A DNA stretch of 64,000 bases from an uncultured candidatus Porisulfidus sp. (GCA_965116025.1 OZ220480.1:193335-257334), one strand, 5' to 3'. Positions 29,976 through 41,089 are shown, numbered from the stretch's first letter. Notes: generated by a model not told the origin, from the letters alone. Program-made: numbers and translations.

Positions 29976-31311
29976 CACTAGTGTCCCAACGTTTCAGTTC
30001 GATTGGTCTGCAATAGATTGTTTATAATGAGTTTTTTCGCGATTTCCAGCGTTGTCGATTTCAATCTTTGGCCGGAGCCCGTGGCGGACCCTGCCCGGCG
30101 CGAGCTGTCGCGAGGGGGGTCAAGCCAATGCATTCCGGAAAACTCGTGTTCGCTCAAGTGATGGATCATCTTCCCTGGCCCAGTTTCCAGCGGCGCGTCG
30201 AGCGCCACGGCGGACATCACAAGGTCAAGTCCTTCAGTTGCGGCGATCAGTATCGCTGCATGGCTTTCGCGCAACTGACCTATCGGTCCTCCCTGCGCGA
30301 CGTCGAGGCCTGCCTGCGCGCGCAGTCGAGCAAGCTGTACCACATGGGCATCCGCGGGGGCGTGGCGAGGAACACGCTGGCGAACGCCAACGCGACCCGG
30401 GACTGGAGGATCCATGCCGATTTCGCGCGCGACCTGATTGACGAGGCGCGGCGTCTTCTTGGCGAGGAGAGCCACGGACTGGATCTGGACCGCACCGTCT
30501 ACGCGTTGGACTCGTCCACCATCGACCTGTGCCTGTCGCTGTTTCCGTGGGCGCCGTTTCGCGCGACCAAGGCGGCCGTCAAGATGCATACGCTGCTCGA
30601 CCTGCGCGGAAACATCCCGACTTTTCTGCATGTTACGGACGGAAAGGTTCACGACGTGAACATTCTGGACCTGCTGGTTCCAGAGCCCGGGGCCTTCTAC
30701 GTCATGGATCGGGCCTACCTCGATTTCTCCCGCTTGCACGCGCTGCGCCTGCATGGGGCCCACTTCGTGTTGCGCTCCAAGTCCAACATCAAACTCCGGC
30801 GCTTGTCTTCCCGCGCGGCCGACCGCGACGCGGGCGTTCTTCGCGACCAGGTGGTCCGGGCCAGCGGCGCCACCACCGCGAGCGCCTATCCCGACCGGCT
30901 TCGGCGCGTCAAGCATCGAGACCGAGAGCGGGAGAAGACCCTCGTGTTCCTGACCAACGACTTCACGCTTCCGGCGCGGACGATCGCCGAGCTGTATCGG
31001 GCGCGCTGGCGCGTGGAGCTGTTCTTCAAATGGATCAAGCGGCATCTGAGGATCCAGTCGTTCTTCGGCACGACGGAGAACGCCGTGAAGACCCAGATCT
31101 GGATCGCGATCTCGGTTTACGTGCTGGTGGCGATCCTTCGGAAGCGGTTGCGGCTGGAGACGGAGCTGCGCGCTATTCTCCAGATTTTGAGCCTCACTCT
31201 TTTTGAGAAAGTTCCTTTATATCAATTACTTGCGAAGAATGAACCCCAAATCGAACTGCCGGGGGGCCCTAAACAGTTGAATTTGCTACCATTAACGTTG
31301 GGACACTAGTG
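29976..31311 (+). mobile_element. Complete IS4-family insertion sequence (1336 bp) with 18-bp terminal inverted repeats and a 9-bp target-site duplication
   Basis: Left inverted repeat cactagtgtcccaacgtt at 29976-29993; right inverted repeat aacgttgggacactagtg at 31294-31311. Direct repeat actccaact at 29967-29975 and again at 31312-31320. Confidence 0.8.
30128..31309 (+). CDS. IS4-family DDE transposase
   Basis: MHSGKLVFAQVMDHLPWPSFQRRVERHGGHHKVKSFSCGDQY...YRARWRVELFFKWIKRHLRI, a YREK-type C-terminal signature typical of IS4-family transposases. The stop codon lies inside the right inverted repeat. Confidence 0.8.
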   Translation: MHSGKLVFAQVMDHLPWPSFQRRVERHGGHHKVKSFSCGDQYRCMAFAQLTYRSSLRDVEACLRAQSSKLYHMGIRGGVARNTLANANATRDWRIHADFARDLIDEARRLLGEESHGLDLDRTVYALDSSTIDLCLSLFPWAPFRATKAAVKMHTLLDLRGNIPTFLHVTDGKVHDVNILDLLVPEPGAFYVMDRAYLDFSRLHALRLHGAHFVLRSKSNIKLRRLSSRAADRDAGVLRDQVVRASGATTASAYPDRLRRVKHRDREREKTLVFLTNDFTLPARTIAELYRARWRVELFFKWIKRHLRIQSFFGTTENAVKTQIWIAISVYVLVAILRKRLRLETELRAILQILSLTLFEKVPLYQLLAKNEPQIELPGGPKQLNLLPLTLGH

Positions 31312-31473
31312 ACTCCAACTATGCCGACAGATTGCCGAACCAACCCATTCCGAGGCAGGAAACGACGACGATGGCCACCCTAATAGGCGAGCGTCTTGAG
31401 CGTTGGCTTATGCGGTGTGAGAGTCGATGTCTACCATCGGGCGATACTGAGTGATGGAATTGATAATTCGCGC

Positions 31474-33033
31474 TTATTTGACTGGCACGGGAGACGTGAA
31501 CACGAATCGAGCCAAGCCATCGCCATAGCGGACCGCGCACCGTGATGGCAAAGACTGCAACATGTTGGTGTCCACAAGGTAGCGCTCTGACTGACGCAGG
31601 CCACGAATGTTTCGCTCGCGCTCGGCGAGGACCGCGTTGGCCTCGAAATCGCGCATCTCGTCATCGATTAGGATGCTGCCGCTCATGCGGGCCAGCCATA
31701 ATGCCGTGTCTGGATCGTTGACCCGGTAGGCGAATTTCAGGCCGCAGTTCTCGGTTACTGAAGATATCACCTGTTCCGGGTCCAGATCGTCGGGAACGTT
31801 GCGCAAGTCGTTGACCGTCTGATGCGCCAGCACTAGGTGCGCCCGTTTGTCCCGGATAGAGGCGAGCGCCTCCAGTAGCGGAGCGCTGATCAGATAGCGG
31901 AGCTCATCCAGAAACATGCAGACTTGGCGGGATCTTTCGCGGGCGCGGCGCTCGCAACTCTGGATCACCGACAGCACGAACATCTTCTGAAGCTTGAGAA
32001 TACGGGAGTGGCGTGGGGAGCCGAGCACGTAGATCACCGCGCCCTCCTCAATCGCTCGCGCGACATCCAACCCCTCCTCGGCCCGAGCCGCGGGGGTCGC
32101 CGCGATCTCTTCCATATCATCAATGAACTTCGTGGCCTTGCGCGCAACGGTCTCGCTTCGGAACGTCGCCAAAAGATTCGGCAGGGACTCGCCGTCATGC
32201 AACCGCGCGAATTCTCGTGCGGCGCGACGATCATTGAGACGATAGAAATCCGCCTCGGAGCCTCGCTCTCCGAGGCCGAAGCTTGCCACCAGGAGCTCCT
32301 CAATCTCATCGGAACTCTTTCCGCGCAGGGGATTCCATCGCGCCTCCTCGCCCATGAGATCCAAGCGATAGAAGGGTTTGCCGGCCTCGCGGGCCGCACG
32401 CTCCAAGACTCGTGGAGCGTACTCGTCACGCTTAGGGTCCACCACCACGACCGCCTCGCCTTGCCGCGCGGCCTGGGTTAGCAGAATTCCTGCCAAGACA
32501 CCTTTTCCACTTCCGGTCATCCCGATAATATCGATATGGGACCGCCTCCATAGATTCTGATCCACGTGCACGGGATCGCCGTTCGGATCCAGCCCTAAAA
32601 ATAGTCGGTCATCAGACTGGCAGAACGGCAAGGGGTCATACTCGTTCCGGGCCTTCGGCAGGAAGTCTCCGATGTCGCGGATATCGGTCCGCGCGTCCCG
32701 GGCCAGTGGGCTACGTTTCATCCATCGCGCGCGCCACCGCTCGAGCGCGCCGCTTCCTCGACGCGCCATGAGGATGGCCAGCGCGGTGCCAATGAGAAAC
32801 TGTCCCATGAAGAGCGGGACATGCCAGCCCGGATGGTTTGTCCCTATCGCATGCGGCACCAGCACCAAGAGCGCCGTAAAGACGGACAAGGTCAGCATCA
32901 GCAAGCCAAGCGCCCTCGGCGCTTGTAGCAGACCAAGCGTCATGAGAATGCCGCCGGGCAACCCAAGCCAAGGCCAACTCCATCCGTAGAACATGTTTTC
33001 GGACAGGCCGCCGACGATCTCCCAAAACCCCAT
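31474..33033 (-). CDS. TraD/TraG/VirD4-like type IV coupling protein (T4CP), orphan
   Basis: N-terminal TM helices, Walker [15 protein letters not shown], and [10 protein letters not shown]. No other conjugation genes are in the window. It starts 25 bp beyond the 3' end of tRNA-Ser. Confidence 0.6.
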   Translation of the reverse strand: MGFWEIVGGLSENMFYGWSWPWLGLPGGILMTLGLLQAPRALGLLMLTLSVFTALLVLVPHAIGTNHPGWHVPLFMGQFLIGTALAILMARRGSGALERWRARWMKRSPLARDARTDIRDIGDFLPKARNEYDPLPFCQSDDRLFLGLDPNGDPVHVDQNLWRRSHIDIIGMTGSGKGVLAGILLTQAARQGEAVVVVDPKRDEYAPRVLERAAREAGKPFYRLDLMGEEARWNPLRGKSSDEIEELLVASFGLGERGSEADFYRLNDRRAAREFARLHDGESLPNLLATFRSETVARKATKFIDDMEEIAATPAARAEEGLDVARAIEEGAVIYVLGSPRHSRILKLQKMFVLSVIQSCERRARERSRQVCMFLDELRYLISAPLLEALASIRDKRAHLVLAHQTVNDLRNVPDDLDPEQVISSVTENCGLKFAYRVNDPDTALWLARMSGSILIDDEMRDFEANAVLAERERNIRGLRQSERYLVDTNMLQSLPSRCAVRYGDGLARFVFTSPVPVK

Positions 33034-33057
33034 GCGAGCGTCCTATTGGGGTCGGGC

Positions 33058-33145
33058 TGGCGGAGAGGGAGGGATTCGAACCCCCGGAACCTTTCGATTC
33101 AACGGTTTTCAAGACCGCCGCATTCGACCACTCTGCCACCTCTCC
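33058..33145 (-). tRNA. tRNA-Ser (anticodon TGA), class II with long variable arm
   Basis: Reverse complement reads GGAGAGGTGGCAGAGTGGTCGAATGCGGCGGTCTTGAAAACCGTTGAATCGAAAGGTTCCGGGGGTTCGAATCCCTCCCTCTCCGCCA. There is a 7-bp acceptor stem, a CTTGAAA anticodon loop, a long extra arm, and a TPsiC arm GGTTCGAATCC. Confidence 0.85.
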
Positions 33146-33183
33146 GCATAGCGTTCCGGTGGACCGCGTCCGCGCGAGCCAGT

Positions 33184-33993
33184 CTACACCGCGAGCACGT
33201 CCTGCATGGAATACAGGCTAGGAGGCTGACCCACCACCCAAGCGGCCGCGCGCATGGCGCCACTGGCGAAGATCTCCCGGCTTCCGGCATGGTGCGCCAG
33301 CTCCAGCCGCTCGCCGTTCCAAGCGAAAATCACCCGGTGCTCACCGACCACGTTCGCCATTCGCATGATGTGGAACTGTATCTTGTCGATTTCCCGCTCG
33401 ACACCCGTCGCCAGTGCCTGAAAAGACGCGCAATCCGGGAATCGCTGGCCAGTTCCCTTGGCCACGGCCTCGCCCAGCGCTAGCGCGGTGCCAGAGGGCG
33501 CGTCATGCTTCTCGCGATGATGCAATTCTACGATGTCCGCTTCCGCTTCGGAACCAAGCGCCTTGGATGCCGCGGTGACCAGATTCAGCATCAGGTTAAT
33601 GCCAACGCTCATGTTCGGCGCCATCACGATAGGAATTTCCCGGGCTCCTTGGGCGATAGCCTCCAGCTGCTTTTGGTCGTGCGCGGTCGTGCCGATGACC
33701 ATTCCCTTGTTTTTCTCCACGCAGAATTGAACCAGATCCACCGTGTACTCGGGGCAGGTGAAGTCAATAGCCACATCGAAGTCCGTGTGACAGTATTCCA
33801 GCGATCCAGAAATCGCCACGCCCGATTCCTTTCCTCCCGTGAACAGTCCCGCATCCCGCCCAATCACCAACTCGTCCTTGCTACGCGAGCTAGCCGCGCC
33901 GAGCGTGATGCCGGGGGTCTCCAGCGATACTCGAACCAGGATGCTTCCCATGCGGCCGGTGACCCCGGCGATTCCCACGCGAACCTTCTCCAT
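33184..33993 (-). CDS. dapB: 4-hydroxy-tetrahydrodipicolinate reductase
   Basis: [16 protein letters not shown] (NAD(P)-binding motif) ...[16 protein letters not shown]... is collinear with DapB. The ORF track start at 34050 is a short N-extension. Confidence 0.85.
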   Translation of the reverse strand: MEKVRVGIAGVTGRMGSILVRVSLETPGITLGAASSRSKDELVIGRDAGLFTGGKESGVAISGSLEYCHTDFDVAIDFTCPEYTVDLVQFCVEKNKGMVIGTTAHDQKQLEAIAQGAREIPIVMAPNMSVGINLMLNLVTAASKALGSEAEADIVELHHREKHDAPSGTALALGEAVAKGTGQRFPDCASFQALATGVEREIDKIQFHIMRMANVVGEHRVIFAWNGERLELAHHAGSREIFASGAMRAAAWVVGQPPSLYSMQDVLAV

Positions 33994-33995
33994 CT

Positions 33996-35141
33996 CTAGT
34001 GCAGCCACGATTTCAGGTTGTCCACGAAGTGCCGCCCTCGTTTCAGCCAAGAATCGGCACGGGGGGAGTGTACCTCATTTCCGGTCAGGGAGCCCTCCAG
34101 CTCTTCCAAGAGCCTGCGTTGCTCGGGGTTCAAGTTCACGGGAGTCTCCACGACCATAGCGCAAATCATATCGCCCTTAGCTTGGTCGTGGAGCGAGCGC
34201 ACGCCCTTGCCGCGCAGGCGCAACGACATCCCGGTCTGCGTTTCCGGTGGAACTCTCAGATTGACGTGACCGTCAAGCGTCGGCACTTCGATAGTCCCTC
34301 CCAACGCGGCCGTGGCGAAACTGACCGGCACGTCGCAATGCAGATCGTCGCCCTCGCGACGAAACAGGTGGTGCGGCCGCACCGTCACGTCGACGTACAG
34401 GTCCCCCGGCGGGCCACCTCGCGCGCCGGCCTCGCCCTTGCCAGACAAACGAATCCGGTTTCCTTGGTCCACGCCCGCCGGAATCTTGACGTTCAGGGTG
34501 CGCGTTTCGCGCACGCGCCCTGAGCCATGACACTTATGGCATGGCACGCGAATGATCCGACCCCGCCCGTGGCATTTCGGGCAGGTCTGGCGCAAGGTGA
34601 AAAATCCTTGCTGGACGGTCACCTCGCCTCGGCCTTGGCAATTCGGGCAGATTTCCGGCTTAGTGCCTGGCGCGCAACCGGAGCCGTCGCAAGCAGGGCA
34701 TTGCACGGCCATGCTGACATTAATTTCGCGGGAGGTCCCGAGCGCCGCCTCTTCCAGATCCAGATCAATGCGGTAGACAAGATCCGCGCCACGCGATTCC
34801 GCGTGCCCTCGAGCGGCTCGACCGACGCCACCGAACAAGTCCCCGAACATGTCGCCAAACATGTCCTCGAACCCGGCGGCGGCCCCCGACCCCGCCGCAT
34901 TCGCGTAGCCCGCGGCCCCGACTGCATCGTGCCCAAAACGGTCGTAGAGGGAGCGTTTCTGGGAGTCGGAAAGAACGCCGTAGGCTTCCTGGACTTCCCG
35001 GAATTTCTCGTCGGCCCCGGTATCGCCCTTGTTGCGATCCGGGTGGTGCTTCATGGCCAGCCGGCGATAGGCTTTCTTTAGATCCGCCTCATTGACCTGG
35101 CGATCCACGCCCAGCACTTCATAGTAGTCACGTTTGGCCAT
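33996..35141 (-). CDS. dnaJ: Chaperone DnaJ
   Basis: J-domain MAKRDYYEVLGV...HPDRN, a G/F-rich region, and four CxxCxGxG zinc-finger repeats. Confidence 0.9.
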   Translation of the reverse strand: MAKRDYYEVLGVDRQVNEADLKKAYRRLAMKHHPDRNKGDTGADEKFREVQEAYGVLSDSQKRSLYDRFGHDAVGAAGYANAAGSGAAAGFEDMFGDMFGDLFGGVGRAARGHAESRGADLVYRIDLDLEEAALGTSREINVSMAVQCPACDGSGCAPGTKPEICPNCQGRGEVTVQQGFFTLRQTCPKCHGRGRIIRVPCHKCHGSGRVRETRTLNVKIPAGVDQGNRIRLSGKGEAGARGGPPGDLYVDVTVRPHHLFRREGDDLHCDVPVSFATAALGGTIEVPTLDGHVNLRVPPETQTGMSLRLRGKGVRSLHDQAKGDMICAMVVETPVNLNPEQRRLLEELEGSLTGNEVHSPRADSWLKRGRHFVDNLKSWLH

Positions 35142-35171
35142 CGGATGCTCGGCATCGAGCCACCTTCACCT

Positions 35172-37127
35172 TCAGGCGGATTTGCCGTTGCCCTTGTCTG
35201 ATCGATTCTCGGGCGAGTCGTCGACCTCGACGAAGTCGGCGTCCACCACGTCCGGGTCACGCTCGGAATCTCTCGCGGACTCTTCGTCGCCGTCCTTTTT
35301 CCGCCGAGTTTCCTGATAGGCGCGTTGCACGATATCGCCGCTGGCCTCGGTCAGCGCTTTGGTCTTGGCCTCTACGGTGGCCAGGTCGTCGCCTTTCAGC
35401 GCGTCCTTGAGATCGTTCATCGCGCTCTCCACTCGCGCGCGCTCGTCGCCCGAAACTTTGTCGCCCAAGTCCTCCATCGCCTTGCCCGTGGCATGGACGA
35501 GAGCATCCGCGGCGTTGCGCGCCTGCACCAGCTCTTGGAATTTTCGGTCCTCATCGGCGTGCTTCTCGGCATCCTTGACCATCTGCTCAATCTCGGATTC
35601 CGACAGCCCACTGGACGCTTTGATCACGATAGACTGTTCCTTCCCCGTGGCCTTGTCCTTGGCCGACACGCTGAGAATGCCATTGGCATCGATATCGAAC
35701 GACACCTCGATTTGCGGCACGCCGCGCGGCGCGGGCGGCAGGTCCGCCAGATCGAACCGGCCCAGAGACTTGTTGGCTTCCGCGCGCTCCCGTTCACCCT
35801 GCAGCACATGCACCGTAACGGCGGGTTGGTTGTCCGCCGCGGTCGAGAATACTTGGGTCTGGGTGGTCGGGATGGTAGTGTTCTTCTCGATCAGACGCGT
35901 CATCACTCCTCCCAAGGTCTCAATGCCGAGCGACAGCGGGGTCACGTCCAGCAACAAGACATCCTTGACGTCTCCGCCAAGCACGCCGCCTTGGATGGCC
36001 GCGCCGATCGCCACCGCTTCGTCTGGATTGACATCCTTGCGCGGCGCCTTGCCGAACAGGGATTCGACTGCTTCCTGAACTTTAGGCATTCGGGTCTGAC
36101 CACCAACCAGGATGACTCCAGAGATATCCCCGGCCGAAACGCCAGCGTCGCGCATCGCGACGCGGCATGGCTCCATCGTGCGCTCGATCAGGCCCTCAAC
36201 CAAGGACTCGAGCTTGGCGCGGGTGATCTTCGCGTTCAGATGCTTCGGTCCACTGGCGTCAGCCGTGATATACGGAAGATTCACTTCCGTTTGCTGCGAG
36301 CTGGATAACTCGACCTTGGCCTTCTCGGCCGCCTCCTTCAGGCGCTGGAGGGCGATCGGATCGTTGTGCAGGTCCACGCCGTGCTCTTTTTGGAAGCCTT
36401 CCGCCAAGTGGTCGATCAGGCGCAGGTCGAAGTCCTCGCCGCCTAGGAAAGTGTCGCCGTTGGTCGCCAGCACCTCAAACTGATGCTCGCCATCAACCTC
36501 GGCGATCTCAATGATCGAGATGTCGAACGTCCCGCCACCCAAGTCGTACACCGCGATCTTGGTGTCGCCATGCTTTTTGTCCATGCCATAGGCCAGCGCC
36601 GCGGCCGTGGGCTCGTTAATGATGCGCTTCACCTCAAGCCCGGCGATTCGCCCAGCGTCCTTGGTCGCTTGGCGTTGCGAATCGTTGAAGTAGGCCGGCA
36701 CGGTGATCACCGCCTCAGTCACTTTCTCGCCCAGATACTCCTCGGCCGTCTGCCTCATCTTGCCAAGCACGCGCGCAGAGACCTCTGGGGGCGCCATCTT
36801 CTTTGCGCGCGCCTCGACCCAAGCGTCGCCATTGTCCGCCTTGACGATGCCGAACGGTACCAGCTTAATATCTTTCTGCACCTCGTCTTCATCGAAACGC
36901 CGGCCAATCAGCCGCTTGACCGCGAACACGGTATGCTTCGGATTGGTGACCGCCTGGCGCTTGGCGGTCTGGCCCACCAGCACCTCGCCACCCTCATCAG
37001 GAAACGCCACAACCGACGGGGTGGTCCGATCACCCTCGCTGTTCTCAAGGACGCGCGCGCCAGAGCCCTCCATCACCGCTACGCAGGAATTGGTGGTCCC
37101 CAAGTCAATGCCAATTATTTTTCCCAT
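35172..37127 (-). CDS. dnaK: Chaperone DnaK (Hsp70); start at [15 protein letters not shown]
   Basis: Hsp70 signatures [12 protein letters not shown] and [12 protein letters not shown]; C-terminal EEVDDSPE-like tail. Confidence 0.9.
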   Translation of the reverse strand: MGKIIGIDLGTTNSCVAVMEGSGARVLENSEGDRTTPSVVAFPDEGGEVLVGQTAKRQAVTNPKHTVFAVKRLIGRRFDEDEVQKDIKLVPFGIVKADNGDAWVEARAKKMAPPEVSARVLGKMRQTAEEYLGEKVTEAVITVPAYFNDSQRQATKDAGRIAGLEVKRIINEPTAAALAYGMDKKHGDTKIAVYDLGGGTFDISIIEIAEVDGEHQFEVLATNGDTFLGGEDFDLRLIDHLAEGFQKEHGVDLHNDPIALQRLKEAAEKAKVELSSSQQTEVNLPYITADASGPKHLNAKITRAKLESLVEGLIERTMEPCRVAMRDAGVSAGDISGVILVGGQTRMPKVQEAVESLFGKAPRKDVNPDEAVAIGAAIQGGVLGGDVKDVLLLDVTPLSLGIETLGGVMTRLIEKNTTIPTTQTQVFSTAADNQPAVTVHVLQGERERAEANKSLGRFDLADLPPAPRGVPQIEVSFDIDANGILSVSAKDKATGKEQSIVIKASSGLSESEIEQMVKDAEKHADEDRKFQELVQARNAADALVHATGKAMEDLGDKVSGDERARVESAMNDLKDALKGDDLATVEAKTKALTEASGDIVQRAYQETRRKKDGDEESARDSERDPDVVDADFVEVDDSPENRSDKGNGKSA

Positions 37128-37200
37128 GAGGTCTGATTCTCCTGAAAGACTGGCCGACACCGGCCGCGTTAGTCATAAATATGGATTAATTGGGGGAAAA

Positions 37201-37854
37201 TCAAGCCAGGTCCGCGGGCCCACCCGGCGGGGCGGCATCAGCGTCCTCGGCATCTGGTTCCTGTTTCTCGGACTTTGGCTCAGCCGCTACTACGACCCGA
37301 GCTGGGCGCAACAAGCGATCATGCATTCGGTAGCCTTTCCGAAACACTTCCAGCACGCCGCCAGGAGCCAAGTCCTCGCTGGGCCGCGTCGCCACCGCCT
37401 CATGCAACTGCGGATCGAAAGGCTTTCCTTCCGGGTCGAGCGCCTCAATCGAGAATCGTTCCAGCACCCGCGCCATGTGGCGCAAGGTCAGCGCATGTCC
37501 CTCGCGAACGATTTCCGGCACGCTCTCATCCTGCGTCATCACTTCCCGCGCCTCCTCCATCACGTCCAAGATTTCTGGAAGCTCGCGCGCTAGCGGCTCG
37601 ACCCGGTAGCGCGCCGCCGCCGCTCGCTCGCGCTCATGCCGTTTCTGCAGGTTAGCGAGCTCCGCTCGCGCCCGCGCTAGCCCGTCCTGGAGCCGCCGCG
37701 TCTCCTCGCGCAGGCGCTCAATCTCCGCGTCTTCCTCGGATGGCTCTTCCAGAACGTCCTCGCCAGTGGTTTCCTTGGGCTCGGCGGCATCCGTGGGCGG
37801 AGCGTCGTTCGATGAGATGGAAGCCATGGATTGAAACGCTGGAATTCCTTTCAA
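37201..37854 (-). CDS. grpE: Nucleotide exchange factor GrpE
   Basis: Acidic N-terminus, a coiled-coil, and a C-terminal GrpE domain (...HEAVATRPSEDLAPGGVLEVFRKGYRMHDRLLRPARVVVA). Confidence 0.85.
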   Translation of the reverse strand: MKGIPAFQSMASISSNDAPPTDAAEPKETTGEDVLEEPSEEDAEIERLREETRRLQDGLARARAELANLQKRHERERAAAARYRVEPLARELPEILDVMEEAREVMTQDESVPEIVREGHALTLRHMARVLERFSIEALDPEGKPFDPQLHEAVATRPSEDLAPGGVLEVFRKGYRMHDRLLRPARVVVAAEPKSEKQEPDAEDADAAPPGGPADLA

Positions 37855-37965
37855 TATGGGGGCTAATCGAGTGGATTCAAGCCGGGCGGGTCGTTGTGGC
37901 CCAACGCGCTCCCGTCGCAGGGATTACAATACGAACCGCCATCAAGTCATGAGGATCGTCCCCTG

Positions 37966-38829
37966 ATGCCCGAATTCCGGCGCGTCGGCGTCGTCTCCCG
38001 CCCTAGCGCGGAAACCGACGCGGAAACCCTCCGTCGGGTGGCCCGGCTGGTTCGGGAGAAAGGGCGGGAGTTGCTGGTGGACCCGACGACCGCCCGAGCT
38101 CTCGGGATGTCTGGAGGACTCGAGTTGCCCGAACTCGCCAAGCGGGCCGATCTCGGCGTGATCGTTGGCGGTGACGGCACCTTGTTGCGCGCGGTTCGCC
38201 AAATGGCGCCGCGCGGCGTTCCGGTTTGCGGCGTCAACCGGGGCCGGCTGGGCTTCTTGGCGGACATCTATCCAGAACAGGTCTCCAGCGTCTTGGGCGC
38301 CATCCTAGATGGAGAGCATATGGCCGACCTGCGCTCAATCTTGGTCGGTGAAGTATGGCGCGGAGAAGAGCGGTTGCGCGTCTCGGACGCGCTCAATGAC
38401 GTAGTGGTCCACAGCTATCGGGATCTGCATATGATTGAGCTCCAAACCTTGATTAGCGGACATCCGTTGAGCGCGCTACGCGCGGACGGCCTGATCATTT
38501 CCACGCCGACTGGCTCGACCGCTTACGCTCTGTCCGGAGGTGGGCCGATCCTGCATCCCTCGCTGGATGTGCTCGTGATGGTGCCCATTTGCCCTCACAT
38601 GCTGAGTAGCCGGCCCATCGTGGTCGATCTGGACAGCGAGATTGAGCTGGAGGTGATCGGCCGCCCAGAAAGCCGGGGAATGGTTTCTTTCGACGGTTCC
38701 GCCAACCAAGAACTGAGGATCGGCGATCGCGTGCGCATCCGCCGACAGAAATACCCGCTGACCATCGTCCAGCCGAAGGGTCATGATTATTTCGAGATCC
38801 TGCGGCGGAAACTGTCTTGGAATTTGTAG
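37966..38829 (+). CDS. nadK: NAD kinase
   Basis: GGDGTLL motif (VIVGGDGTLLRAV), NDVVV, and the C-terminal STPTGSTAYALSGGGPILHP segment. ATG at 37966 (MPEFRRVGVV). Confidence 0.85.
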   Translation: MPEFRRVGVVSRPSAETDAETLRRVARLVREKGRELLVDPTTARALGMSGGLELPELAKRADLGVIVGGDGTLLRAVRQMAPRGVPVCGVNRGRLGFLADIYPEQVSSVLGAILDGEHMADLRSILVGEVWRGEERLRVSDALNDVVVHSYRDLHMIELQTLISGHPLSALRADGLIISTPTGSTAYALSGGGPILHPSLDVLVMVPICPHMLSSRPIVVDLDSEIELEVIGRPESRGMVSFDGSANQELRIGDRVRIRRQKYPLTIVQPKGHDYFEILRRKLSWNL

Positions 38830-38835
38830 CTTCCA

Positions 38836-40524
38836 ATGTTGCGCGCCCTGAGCATTCGCGGCCTGGCCGTTATCGAGAAGCTGGACTTGGAGTTTCATCC
38901 GGGGCTGAGCGTTTTCAGTGGAGAGACCGGGGCTGGAAAATCTATTCTGGTCGGCGCGCTCGGCCTCGCGCTCGGCGCCCGCGCGTCTCGAAGCCTGATT
39001 CGCCGTGACGCTGAGCGGGCCGAGGTGACCTTAGAGTGCGATCCTGCCGCGCGGCCTGAAGCCTGCGCGTGGCTTGATCGACGCGATTTCGATTTCCGCG
39101 ACGGATTATTCCTTCGGCGCGTCCTCGCCCGGAACGGCTCATCCCGCGCGTACATTAACGACACTCCGGTCTCGGCCGCCGCCTTGCGCTCAATCGGCCA
39201 ACGACTGATCGAGATTCATGGCCAGCGAGAGCACCAGCGCTTGCTACGCCGCGACCAGCAACGCGTTATCTTGGATTCGGCCTGCGGTCATGCGGAAACG
39301 CTGGACGCGCTGGCCGAGCATTATCGGCTCTGGAGCGAGGCGCGGGCGCGGCTTGACGAGATCAGCGGGGACGCTGAACAGCGCTCCCAAGCCTTATCCC
39401 TCTTGAAGTTTCAAGTCGAGGAGCTCAATGCCCTTGAGCTTGAAGACCAGACGTACGAGGATCTGGACGAACGCCAGCGCGCGCTCGCTGGAGCGGACGA
39501 GCTTCAGGCGCTCTGCCAAGAGTTGATTGATGCTCTGTACGATCATGACGAGCGGGCCGAGTACGCCCGGCTCGCGGAGCTCGCGGACCGACTGGAGCGG
39601 GCCGCGCGAATCGACCCAAAGCTGGAACCGGCCCGGGAACTGCTTCCGCAAGCGATGGCCTGCGTGGAGGAGGCGGTCGGGCTGTTGCGCGCGACGCTGG
39701 ATCGAGTGGATCTGGATCCCGAAAGCCTGGCTGAGGTCGAGCAGGGACTAGGCGCTCTCCACGACCTCGCCCGCAAGCACCAAGTCGCCCCGAGAGATCT
39801 ATGGAAGCATGCGCGAGGCCTGAGCGAGAAATTGGAGCGATGGCAGTCACCGGAGCATGATATCGTCTCATTGTCCGAAGAAGTGGACCGGCTGGAACGA
39901 GAGTATCGCGCCTTGGCCAGAATGGCGCACCAGACCCGATCCAAAACGGCGAAGCGAATCTCTGAACGGGTCACCGAAATCCTGCACCGTCTAGGTATGC
40001 CGCACAGCGAGTTTCGGATCTCGGTGAGCTATGATCACCAGCGTGCGCCCGGGCCGCATGGGCTGGACGACATAGACTATCGCCTCGCTACCGGTCCTAG
40101 ACAGGATCCCGGTCCAGTCGGCGAGATCGCCTCGGGCGGCGAGCTATCGCGCCTGTCACTCGCCGTCCAACAATCCACGACCGGCGGCGATGACCCTCCG
40201 GTCATGATTTTCGATGAGGTGGACGCGGGAATTGGGGGCGGAGCCGCGGAAATCGTCGGCCAGCTGTTAGCCCGGCTCGCCGAGCGCGCGCAGGTGTTGT
40301 GCGTCACGCATTTGCCGCAAGTGGCGATGCAGGCCCATCACCAATATCGCGTGCGCAAGCATGGAGGAACGCGCGCCGAAGTCGAATCGCTGGATCGGGA
40401 AGGCCGGGTGGAAGAACTTGCGCGCATGCTCTCGGGGGTGAGGAAAACCGATACCGCGCGCGAGCATGCCGAAACGCTGCTTCAGCGTGGCCGCGACCGC
40501 TCCTTGCTAGAATTGGAGTCATGA
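38836..40524 (+). CDS. recN: DNA repair protein RecN
   Basis: SMC-like ends: Walker A FSGETGAGKSIL, a long coiled-coil, and signature/Walker B ...LSRLSLAVQQ...VMIFDEVDAGIGG. Confidence 0.85.
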   Translation: MLRALSIRGLAVIEKLDLEFHPGLSVFSGETGAGKSILVGALGLALGARASRSLIRRDAERAEVTLECDPAARPEACAWLDRRDFDFRDGLFLRRVLARNGSSRAYINDTPVSAAALRSIGQRLIEIHGQREHQRLLRRDQQRVILDSACGHAETLDALAEHYRLWSEARARLDEISGDAEQRSQALSLLKFQVEELNALELEDQTYEDLDERQRALAGADELQALCQELIDALYDHDERAEYARLAELADRLERAARIDPKLEPARELLPQAMACVEEAVGLLRATLDRVDLDPESLAEVEQGLGALHDLARKHQVAPRDLWKHARGLSEKLERWQSPEHDIVSLSEEVDRLEREYRALARMAHQTRSKTAKRISERVTEILHRLGMPHSEFRISVSYDHQRAPGPHGLDDIDYRLATGPRQDPGPVGEIASGGELSRLSLAVQQSTTGGDDPPVMIFDEVDAGIGGGAAEIVGQLLARLAERAQVLCVTHLPQVAMQAHHQYRVRKHGGTRAEVESLDREGRVEELARMLSGVRKTDTAREHAETLLQRGRDRSLLELES

Positions 40525-41039
40525 GAACGTTCTTGGCTCGATCCGCCCTCGCGCGCTTGGCGCTATCGTGCGGATGCGCGGCGACCGCTGGATGCGAATA
40601 CATGTTGCCGGACGGGTTCGAGTTGGGGCAGCATCGGATCGCCGTGCAGCAAGGCAACACGCTGACGGAGGAATCTATCCGGAACCTGCGCGCCGGAATG
40701 GATGCTCAGCAAGTGCTGTTCTTGCTAGGAACGCCCTTGGTCAAGGACGCGTTCCACCCGGATCGATGGGATTATCCTCTGTACGTAGAGGCGAAGGAAA
40801 GCGGCGAGAAATCCCGCCTCGACGTGGTCAGCTTGCGCTTCAAGGAGGGCAAACTCGAGGAGGTTCGCAGGCTAGTGCCGATTAACCCGGAAGTCGCGAG
40901 CGTCGAGCCTGGAGGCCAACTTGACGCGGCGGCTGAATGGTTCGAACTAGGCGACGCGTTGGTCGCGGACAAATCTCCAGAACCAGCGGCGATTGATGGC
41001 GAGGTCATCGCGGAGCCCGAGCAAACGCATCGGGACTGA
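40521..41039 (+). CDS. bamE: Outer-membrane protein assembly factor BamE (SmpA/OmlA) with C-terminal extension
   Basis: Lipoprotein signal ...LALSCGCAATAGC. The BamE fold motifs are IAVQQGNTLTEESIRNLRAGMDAQQVLFLLGTPLVKDAFHPDRWDY. It follows recN as in E. coli. Confidence 0.7.
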   Translation: MRTFLARSALARLALSCGCAATAGCEYMLPDGFELGQHRIAVQQGNTLTEESIRNLRAGMDAQQVLFLLGTPLVKDAFHPDRWDYPLYVEAKESGEKSRLDVVSLRFKEGKLEEVRRLVPINPEVASVEPGGQLDAAAEWFELGDALVADKSPEPAAIDGEVIAEPEQTHRD

Positions 41040-41089
41040 TAACGCCCACGGATGAGCGTCGCCCGAACGGCGTTCTCCGTTCAGACATC

